Below, piece by piece: positions 8,929 to 16,230 of a stretch of DNA of 29,939 nucleotides. The position numbers and the translations under genes were made by a program. The notes beneath the pieces are model-generated. The model was not told where the DNA came from, did no database searches, and was given only the letters and a program-made list of their open reading frames with translations. This stretch comes from a virus. Taxonomy: Duplodnaviria > Caudoviricetes. Within the stretch, counting starts at the first letter, position 1. Every line of letters begins with the position of its first letter. The DNA lies in IMG/VR virus record IMGVR_UViG_3300005805_000324, positions 1 to 29,939 of that record; one strand, given 5' to 3'.

Positions 8929-10134
8929 TTACGCTACGTTACCCAGGTCAGCAAAAATCGCGGATGTAGGCAACATCAGGTTGATATCCTCCAAACACTC
9001 GATCCGTGCTGTGATCAGGTTGCGTTGGAAATTGTCGCTGTCATCCATGCTGAATTCGATGGTGATGGCTTCAGTTTCTACTCTCTCTAGGTAATCGGCG
9101 TCAACGATCAGTATTTTATCATCGGTTGCCCATGATGCGGCGATGATTGGTGTACCGTTGATAGTGATAGCGCCGTTTGGCTGGCTAACAACACCACCGG
9201 ATCCCTGATAGTAACCATTTGTGTAAAGCAGTTTGTTCAAACGGGCCATTTGGCTTGGGTGAACGATTGCATATGATGCATTGAAATTGCTGCTTTGTGT
9301 GTTGGCAATCAAATCCAGGATGGCTTTGATATCATCAGTTTCCGCGGTTGTAGTTGAACCGGTTGCACCTGTTGATACAGCGCTATAAAAAGCGGCGTTT
9401 TCTGCCTTGTAGAAATCACGCAAAAGCAAACGTGGTAATGTGCTTTCCATGTATGGCAGTTGCTTTGCCATTTGCTTTGAGAAACGCGCGAAACCAGCGA
9501 TGTAAGATTCAACGATTTTTACTTCGGTGAAATCATAGTCGATCTGTGTTTTAGGGTTTCCTTCGGTCTGCTCGCTAATTGATCCTTCGCTACCTGTTTC
9601 ACGGTACTGAACATAAAGTCCGGTAGGTGATACGGCGGTTGGAATAAGATCACGCATGTTTACTTTCTGCGCTGGCAACAGGGCTTGATTGGCGGCGTAT
9701 GATGCAACACCATCACCGGTCAAGTTGTTTGATAATGTCATTGTTCCAACGGCTTTCAGTTCCATGCGGAACGGCTTGCCCTTCTTTACATTTTGGATGG
9801 CGTCAAAATTGGCCTCCAAACCTTCCGCAAATACTTGCGTGAATGATTTTTTTGCTTCCACGGTTGAATTTTTTTGTGTTTTTACTTTTGTTTGCAGTAC
9901 GTCAAAATCCTTTACCAGGACATTGTACTGCGATTTCATTTCGGCAAGTTCATCGGCCATTGCCTTTACTTGGTCGGCGTTGTTTTCGCCTTTCAGCGCC
10001 TCGATCTGTGTGGCCACGTTTTCGTTGATGGCTTTTACTTGATCGGCGATCGCTGTGTTTGTCTTTTCGGTCATGGATGCCTCCAATGCTGATTTCAGGC
10101 CTTCCAATTCCGTCATAAGTTCATTTTTTTCCAC
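8929..10134 (-). CDS. Major capsid protein, HK97 fold with N-terminal coiled-coil delta domain (401 aa)
   Basis: ~110-aa coiled coil; EQTEGNPKTQ, IVHPSQM, INGTPII, DNFQRNLITARIE motifs. Confidence 0.96.
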   Translation of the reverse strand: MEKNELMTELEGLKSALEASMTEKTNTAIADQVKAINENVATQIEALKGENNADQVKAMADELAEMKSQYNVLVKDFDVLQTKVKTQKNSTVEAKKSFTQVFAEGLEANFDAIQNVKKGKPFRMELKAVGTMTLSNNLTGDGVASYAANQALLPAQKVNMRDLIPTAVSPTGLYVQYRETGSEGSISEQTEGNPKTQIDYDFTEVKIVESYIAGFARFSKQMAKQLPYMESTLPRLLLRDFYKAENAAFYSAVSTGATGSTTTAETDDIKAILDLIANTQSSNFNASYAIVHPSQMARLNKLLYTNGYYQGSGGVVSQPNGAITINGTPIIAASWATDDKILIVDADYLERVETEAITIEFSMDDSDNFQRNLITARIECLEDINLMLPTSAIFADLGNVA

Positions 10135-10138
10135 GGCT

Positions 10139-10885
10139 TTACTTTTTTAGTTTATTTGTAAATTCACGAATCGCATCGGCAATTTCAACACCCGGTTGTG
10201 TGGCCTTAATATCCGGCACAATGGGATCCTGTTGCAAATCACAAATGAATTGTGCTAATTGCTTACTATGCAAAAGTAACATTTCCAACGTTTCATCGCT
10301 GGCATCACTATTTCGGCAAAACTTTTCAATCGCCTTTTGCCGGGCCGCAATCAAATCCACATTATCCGCTGATTTTAGCGATGTGATCGGTGTTAGTGGA
10401 TTGGCGCCCCATGCAGTCAGCGATGAGCCCTCAAATAATTTTACCTCACTTATTTCATAATGCCCCAATGCTGGGTTTTTTATGTAGTTTTCGTATGGTT
10501 GCACCTGGTTGCGTTTGATGATCCGAAATCCGATTGAATGTTCGGTAATCAATCCGCTGTCAACCATTTTCAGGAAATCGCGGCCCAATGTATGGGTTCC
10601 GATTTGGCTTTCATACTTTAACCCGGTTTGATCCTCATCCAACATCATCAGTTTGCCCAATGGTTGCGCCGGATCATGGTTCATCAGGTGTTTGATGCGC
10701 GGTTGCGCACTATTTGGCCCCTGTTCGCGGATTGTCTTTTTGAATGCGCCCGGCTTCATTATGTCGCCATCGGAATCAACATTGTTGAAACGGGAAAAAT
10801 ACCCGGTGACAATTCCCTGTTTGGTATCAACATCGGAAATCATTGCACCGATGCCATCATTTTTGTATTCTATTATTTTGCTCAC
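10139..10885 (-). CDS. HK97-family prohead protease
   Basis: GYFSRFNNVDSDGD...PGAF, LMNHD...PLG, SIGF, LFEGS...WGANP motifs. Confidence 0.95.
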   Translation of the reverse strand: MSKIIEYKNDGIGAMISDVDTKQGIVTGYFSRFNNVDSDGDIMKPGAFKKTIREQGPNSAQPRIKHLMNHDPAQPLGKLMMLDEDQTGLKYESQIGTHTLGRDFLKMVDSGLITEHSIGFRIIKRNQVQPYENYIKNPALGHYEISEVKLFEGSSLTAWGANPLTPITSLKSADNVDLIAARQKAIEKFCRNSDASDETLEMLLLHSKQLAQFICDLQQDPIVPDIKATQPGVEIADAIREFTNKLKK

Positions 10886-10908
10886 GGTTCAAATATATTT
10901 TTATTTTT

Positions 10909-11679
10909 TTACCTTGTCATGATCAATTGGCCGGTTGCATCGCGTTTGGCCTCAAATGCCACCACACACCGGCAATTTACCACCTCCGATGCCGGCGATG
11001 GCAATCCGTTTTCCTGTGTCCTAGCGCCTGGCTGTTGCATCAACACGGTACCGCCCGCCAATGGGAACGCCTCACCAATATCCAATTGTGTGCCATCAAT
11101 CGTTTTGTGATTGTGCCGTGTCCTTTTGTCCTTTACAGCAATCCATACCTTTGACATTTCAAAACCCGATTCACCAGCATACAACATCGCCGCCTGATTG
11201 GCGGATGTAACCGTTTCGGTCCGTGCAATACGCCGCGCCCGCATGGTTGACAATTCGCTGTTTGTACGTAGTTCGTACACAATCCGATCAGGCGACCAAC
11301 CCTCAATCGCGGCCTTGTCCAATACCTTTTGAATCACGGCCCTGGTATAGTCAGTAATACCCGCCGCATCATTCAGCAAATCAATGCCGTAATATTGCCG
11401 CATCAATTCAATGATACGTTCATTGAAACCCAGCCGACCATCGGCCTTTGTCATAGATTTGTACGTTTGCCGAACCCATGATGGGCCAACGGTCCGGTAC
11501 AAATCGTTGATAACCTCATAAATAGGAAAAATAGGCACAGCCATCAAATCCTGTGTCCGGATATATGCATCGACTTGCAATTGCAATGCCTTTGTAAATT
11601 TGGCCTCATACTTCTTTTCGTTCTTTTGCTGGAACCGGTGCCAATTGCGCCAATATTTATTTTGTTGCGCCTGTGTCAT
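10909..11679 (-). CDS. Minor head protein (Mu gpF/SPP1 gp7 family)
   Basis: RARRIARTET, KVWIAVKDKRTRHNH, EVVNCRC. Confidence 0.92.
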   Translation of the reverse strand: MTQAQQNKYWRNWHRFQQKNEKKYEAKFTKALQLQVDAYIRTQDLMAVPIFPIYEVINDLYRTVGPSWVRQTYKSMTKADGRLGFNERIIELMRQYYGIDLLNDAAGITDYTRAVIQKVLDKAAIEGWSPDRIVYELRTNSELSTMRARRIARTETVTSANQAAMLYAGESGFEMSKVWIAVKDKRTRHNHKTIDGTQLDIGEAFPLAGGTVLMQQPGARTQENGLPSPASEVVNCRCVVAFEAKRDATGQLIMTR

Positions 11680-11961
11680 TTATCCGCAAAGATTTGCAAT
11701 CAATAGGTTGATGATCAACGCCACGAACAGCATGGCATACGTTTGATTGATTTGTGGATAGTCAACATCTAAATTGCCGATGAACTTTGGCGAATACTTA
11801 AAACCCTCACGGCCGCAAAATATCCACACCCCGCAAATGGCGCTGACAATAGCCACAACAGCCAGCCACGGCGCATGTTCGTATCCATTCAATGCGGATG
11901 CCAACACAACCGGCAATCCGACCAAACAAAACAACCCGGCGAAAATCTTTATTATTCTCAT
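11680..11961 (-). CDS. Small membrane protein (~93 aa, 3 hydrophobic segments)
   Basis: ATGA overlap with the upstream stop supports the MRIIKIF start; hydrophobic helices. Confidence 0.7.
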   Translation of the reverse strand: MRIIKIFAGLFCLVGLPVVLASALNGYEHAPWLAVVAIVSAICGVWIFCGREGFKYSPKFIGNLDVDYPQINQTYAMLFVALIINLLIANLCG

Positions 11962-12191
11962 ATTAAATAGTTTACAAACATCGGTAATGCACCGGCGCAT
12001 GTGTACGCCCAATCCATTGCATCAAACCCATTTTCATATTGCCAATCATCCCACAATTCCTTCGTAAACCCGGCAATCATCACCACGGTAAATGCCACCG
12101 GAATGGGTAAAAAAATCATACTGAACGCCATGAACAAATAGCCAACAATGAAATGGTTGGCCTTATCAATCTGCTTTATTATCGGTTTCAT
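11958..12191 (-). CDS. Small membrane protein, DUF2279/VanZ-like (77 aa)
   Basis: DKANHF..G, AG..KELWD, GFD..D....AG pattern. Confidence 0.7.
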   Translation of the reverse strand: MKPIIKQIDKANHFIVGYLFMAFSMIFLPIPVAFTVVMIAGFTKELWDDWQYENGFDAMDWAYTCAGALPMFVNYLI

Positions 12192-12348
12192 TTAGTTTTT
12201 CATTTAGTATCCGGCGCACCTCCAACCTTTTCCATTCCGCTTTCATCTTTGCCCGCGGGCATGTAGGCATCGGCACCGCCTGGATGATTAACAATTCAAC
12301 GCGATTCTTTATTTGTTTCGCAATGGTTTCCGCGCTTTGTTCGGTCAT
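12166..12348 (-). CDS. Hypothetical protein (60 aa)
   Basis: ATGA-coupled to the portal stop; fills the gap. Confidence 0.6.
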   Translation of the reverse strand: MTEQSAETIAKQIKNRVELLIIQAVPMPTCPRAKMKAEWKRLEVRRILNEKLNETDNKAD

Positions 12349-13682
12349 ACATGTGGTGTCAGTTCGGGCATGTCAACATCCGGCACCGATCCATCCAAAT
12401 CACTTAACAACATTTTACCGCTGTCAATGATGATTTGATTGGCCACCGGATCGGGCAATTCTTCAAACATTTGGATTTCACGTTTTTCATTTGGTGTCAC
12501 CCACCACATGGCCGCCAATGCATCCGCCTGTGCTTTCATATCATCCTGTAATGCCGGTATGTCGGATATGTCAACCTCAATGGTCCGTTTGATGCCATCG
12601 GCAAACATCGGCAACACACTGTTTTTTATCGCATCACGGAACAAATAAACATTCGGCAAAATGCTGTTTGTGTATAGCATTTTCAATGCCGTGTTCATGT
12701 TGTTGTATGTGCTGGCATCATTGTTGTTCAGCACTATTTCCGGCACCTTGTACGCATTGCACAATTTGGTGAAATCAACGCCGGCCGCCTCTAATATCTG
12801 CAAATCAGCCAACGGCGCACCTATTTCCAAATACCCCATTTCACCCGCCGCAAAGTACGGCGCGCCCTTATTCGCCGATTGTCTTAAGTATTGGGCAAAA
12901 TCATTTTTGCGCTGGCCCAATGTTTCAATAGCATAGTCGGATTTTTCATACACAATACCCGGCACACCGCCGTTCTGCATCTGCGCCACACTTGCATCCA
13001 TTGATGAATTCAAACGTGTGATGCGCCGTGTTAACACTTGCAACGGCGACAACCCGCGCCATTGCTGGCCGGTTGTGATCGATGGGTTGAAATACTTTAT
13101 GTGAATCACTTCATCAGCCGAAAACGTACCATTGAAGCCAGCATCCCAATATTTGTACCCCACAACACGTTGCGGGAATGACTCGCTGATGATCACTTGT
13201 ACATTCTCGCTGTTAAGCACATGCAAATTGATTTTGCCGGCATTCGGTCCCATTTCCAATTGTTCCTTCCATAAAAACAATTCGCCGTTCATGAACAGCA
13301 AACTGAAATATCTGATTCGGTCCTGGTAACTGATGCCGGATAGGAATTCGTAAAACTTATCATCATCCGGCAAATCGACCATTGCTTTGCGCCGGTAATA
13401 CCTTCCGTGTATGCTGTTTGGTTCGAATCGCTTGTAACGCTTGTAGTTTTCATCCTCGACAATTGCATACCCATACATTGGCAATCGCGCCGCCGTTTCG
13501 GCCAGCAACGAAATGATGGAATACACATCATCGATTGTCAAATACGTATCCACATTGCGCAACGTCTGCCATGATGGGAATATCGCCGTGCTGGCATTGA
13601 TCGCCATTGTCATGTTTGGCATGCTTTGTTTCACCTGTGGTTTCGGCTTATTGCGACCGAATAGTTTGTCAATTATTCCCAT
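12345..13682 (-). CDS. Portal protein, HK97 family
   Basis: VYSIISLLAETAARLP, EVIHIKYFNP..GLSPL, LCNAYKVP, TYNN, TPNEKRE; likely start MGIIDKLF. Confidence 0.95.
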   Translation of the reverse strand: MGIIDKLFGRNKPKPQVKQSMPNMTMAINASTAIFPSWQTLRNVDTYLTIDDVYSIISLLAETAARLPMYGYAIVEDENYKRYKRFEPNSIHGRYYRRKAMVDLPDDDKFYEFLSGISYQDRIRYFSLLFMNGELFLWKEQLEMGPNAGKINLHVLNSENVQVIISESFPQRVVGYKYWDAGFNGTFSADEVIHIKYFNPSITTGQQWRGLSPLQVLTRRITRLNSSMDASVAQMQNGGVPGIVYEKSDYAIETLGQRKNDFAQYLRQSANKGAPYFAAGEMGYLEIGAPLADLQILEAAGVDFTKLCNAYKVPEIVLNNNDASTYNNMNTALKMLYTNSILPNVYLFRDAIKNSVLPMFADGIKRTIEVDISDIPALQDDMKAQADALAAMWWVTPNEKREIQMFEELPDPVANQIIIDSGKMLLSDLDGSVPDVDMPELTPHV

Positions 13683-15174
13683 ATGCAAAGATTGTTTTTG
13701 GTTTTAGTTCGAATACTTCCCGCATCATAAACATATCCAACAAATCCGGCGAATCACCGCCCAATTTTATTTTCATATCATCCTTTGATACAATCCGCAA
13801 TTTACCATCCTTATCGGACTTTGAACGCTGGATGGCCTTCCGTTCAAACATGAACCGTTGCCGGATAGTTTGGGCCTGGTCGTACATTTTAACCGCAACA
13901 TCCGGACTGATCCGCATTTCGCCACGTTGCACACGGTCACCGGTCCGGTAGTAACATTGCGTTTTCAGGTTCAAATAGTTTTCCTTTATCAGCCGCCCCG
14001 ATGCCGTATCGGTCACCGGATATGGCGCCGATCCGCCATTGAACGGCACCGCGCCACGGATGAACCCATCGATGTATGATCCAACGCCATCCGAATCATA
14101 GCAAATATGCCTATTCTCAACACCATGCTTTTGCGCCATTTTAGATATCAAATCAATCACCTGTTTGCCATCCGATTTGTCCATGATGGCAATGTCGGCC
14201 AATTCCATGCCATCCCAATACCCCACAACCAATTTGTTGGATCCTTTCATCGCAATATCCGCCGTGATGTATTTGTTGCCGCGTTGCACATCCTTCACAT
14301 TCTCAAACAGGCCAACAAACGCATCGTATTCGTAGATGTCATTTGGTGAATTGGATACCTTCCAGCGCCCCTCCAACAATTGCCGCCGTGTATCTTCATC
14401 CTGTGACAACAGGTTGCCCGGATACGATGGATCCGTTTTCAAACCCTCTTTGTTGTCGTATATGGAACCGGACACAAACGTGATTGACTTAATGAAATCC
14501 TTTGCACTCAATCCCGATTTTTCAATCATCGGTTTCAATATGTACTTTGCCGAATCCTTTACATCATCGTATGAATCGCCCCAAATGTATCCATCGCCGT
14601 ATTTTATGAAATACCGCAACACGCCACGCCGTTCCAATATCGGGAACCCTGTGTCCTTATCAATCCACCATTCAATCAGTTTGTACACCCATGATTCCGG
14701 ATCTGGGTTGCATGTGGCCCGGACATACGGTTTCACACCGCATGATGATCGATTACGTGATAACAAATAGAAAAACATTGATTCGCTGAAATGCGTTAAT
14801 TCATCAAATGCCAGGAATGGTATCTGCGAACCTTGCCAATCATATTTGTTTTTTTCGTACTCTAAATGCCGGAACGATAGTTTTGCGCCGGATGGGAACC
14901 GCCAATCCAATGATGATTCGCGCGGCTCGGCTTGCAACAATGGATACAATTTTGTTGATGTATCCCACAACCCGCCCTCATTCCTGATTTGCACCGATGT
15001 GCGCCGAAATATTACACCACCGAAATCCGGCACATGTACATGCCGCAATGGATCCATCAGCAACGCAAATGTTTTTCCAACAAACGCCGCCGCGCCACCA
15101 ATGACAATGTCCGCCGAACTACTTAGTGCAATTTGCTGATACCCCGGCTGTGGTTTAATGTAGTTTAGTTGCAT
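13669..15174 (-). CDS. terL: Terminase large subunit
   Basis: PQPGYQ, AAAFVGKT Walker A, FLAFDE Walker B, RATCNP, ITADIA and SPDLLD nuclease motifs. Confidence 0.96.
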   Translation of the reverse strand: MQLNYIKPQPGYQQIALSSSADIVIGGAAAFVGKTFALLMDPLRHVHVPDFGGVIFRRTSVQIRNEGGLWDTSTKLYPLLQAEPRESSLDWRFPSGAKLSFRHLEYEKNKYDWQGSQIPFLAFDELTHFSESMFFYLLSRNRSSCGVKPYVRATCNPDPESWVYKLIEWWIDKDTGFPILERRGVLRYFIKYGDGYIWGDSYDDVKDSAKYILKPMIEKSGLSAKDFIKSITFVSGSIYDNKEGLKTDPSYPGNLLSQDEDTRRQLLEGRWKVSNSPNDIYEYDAFVGLFENVKDVQRGNKYITADIAMKGSNKLVVGYWDGMELADIAIMDKSDGKQVIDLISKMAQKHGVENRHICYDSDGVGSYIDGFIRGAVPFNGGSAPYPVTDTASGRLIKENYLNLKTQCYYRTGDRVQRGEMRISPDVAVKMYDQAQTIRQRFMFERKAIQRSKSDKDGKLRIVSKDDMKIKLGGDSPDLLDMFMMREVFELKPKTIFAYGNN

Positions 15175-15490
15175 CGGGTTGTGTTTCGTTTACGATTTGC
15201 GCATCCTCAATCCTTGACATAGGACCGGGCAAATTCACCACTAAATTCGGATCACGGCCGTTGTCCGGCAATTGGATGATTTGGATTGTTTCAATTGTCT
15301 GCATCGCATCAATGGAAATCGATTCCTTTGGTTTGCCAATGGCATGCTCAAATACGAATTTCATTAGGGTGACTTCACCCGATTCCAGCAACGCAATCAA
15401 TCCCTGTTGCACCGATCCATATTTTTCCTCGATGGCGGCAATGCACAGGTTGCGCACTTTTATTTCCTCGATTAATGGTTTGCGGCCCAT
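15155..15490 (-). CDS. Putative terminase small subunit (111 aa)
   Basis: Immediately upstream of and overlapping terL; MGRKP start; IGKPKE; IIQLPDNGR C-terminal motif. Confidence 0.65.
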   Translation of the reverse strand: MGRKPLIEEIKVRNLCIAAIEEKYGSVQQGLIALLESGEVTLMKFVFEHAIGKPKESISIDAMQTIETIQIIQLPDNGRDPNLVVNLPGPMSRIEDAQIVNETQPDATKLH

Positions 15491-15496
15491 AGTTTA

Positions 15497-15552
15497 CAAT
15501 TTTACATGGCTTTGCCAATTTTACCAATTTTCGTTTTGGTAATTTTGGTAAA
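15497..15552 (-). promoter_or_regulatory. Candidate late promoter/dyad site upstream of terS
   Basis: 17-bp imperfect inverted repeat 15511-15527/15536-15552 (14/17); TAAAATTG -7-like box 6 nt before the ATG. Confidence 0.45.
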
Positions 15553-15583
15553 GTTCTATTTAACATAATAAAAATTATATCGG

Positions 15584-15612
15584 AAAAAGGCCAGACGTAG
15601 AAACGCCCGGCC
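15584..15612 (-). terminator. Intrinsic terminator ending the early/replication region
   Basis: GGCCGGGCGT-TTCT-ACGTCTGGCC followed by TTTTT. Confidence 0.85.
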
Positions 15613-15635
15613 TAAACCTCTCAACTAAACACAAT
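15584..15635 (-). ncRNA. Putative ~50-nt small RNA antisense to phage translation-initiation regions
   Basis: TACCTTTA -7-like box, then TTGTGTTTAGTTG (complementary to AACTAAACAC leaders), then a terminator. Confidence 0.4.
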
Positions 15636-15643
15636 TAAAGGTA

Positions 15644-16024
15644 TCATTTTTGTATTATTTTGAATCTTGCCATTTTCCGGATGGCATGCCGGCACCATTC
15701 AACCGGCTGTAACAAATTCTCAGCCATTTCCTTGACGTTTCGGTACTCAATGTGTAGGTGGGTATCAAAAATTATTTTTCGGCCTTTCTTCGGGCTGTAA
15801 TTCAATATTTCGATTTCTTGCCCATTGCAATACACCCTAATCGCTTTTGTTTGACCTGGGAACATGGCCAGGTATTCCGTTTTGACCTGTTCATACGTCA
15901 AATGGGTTGTCACGCAATTGTACCGGCCCCATGCGCTGTTAATGGGTTTAAACCGGTACCGGTAGATCAGTTTGCCAAACCATTTCGGTTGATCGGCGAT
16001 GTCGTTGTTTTGGTTGTCTAACAT
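15644..16024 (-). CDS. Hypothetical protein (126 aa), possibly DNA-binding
   Basis: Fills the gap between ori and terminator; C-terminal YRNVKEMAENL resembles a NUMOD1-like HTH start (weak). Confidence 0.6.
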   Translation of the reverse strand: MLDNQNNDIADQPKWFGKLIYRYRFKPINSAWGRYNCVTTHLTYEQVKTEYLAMFPGQTKAIRVYCNGQEIEILNYSPKKGRKIIFDTHLHIEYRNVKEMAENLLQPVEWCRHAIRKMARFKIIQK

Positions 16025-16027
16025 ATT

Positions 16028-16230
16028 ATGATTTATCGATATTATCGATATGACCGATTTTTCTCTTTCTCTTATAATAATAATAATTTACTAATAATAA
16101 TAAAAAAATTACTAAAAATCGGTTATATCGGTCATGGCGTTTGTAATTGGTTGATTTTCAAGGTCTATGACCTGTATCGATTTGTAAAAAAATCGGTTAT
16201 GGATCGGTTATATCGGTCATATTTTAGGCA
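16028..16230. other. Putative replication origin
   Basis: Non-coding region after the primase-helicase; exact 18-bp direct repeat ATCGGTTATATCGGTCAT (16118, 16203), further ATCGG/ATCGAT units in both orientations, very AT-rich TAA tract. Confidence 0.65.

Noticed and set aside
15589-15612. Cas12a-like repeat (TTTCTAC) or mini-CRISPR
   Set aside because: Only 7 nt are shared, the motif forms a terminator apex rather than the TCTAC/GTAGA stem, and there is no repeat-spacer array.
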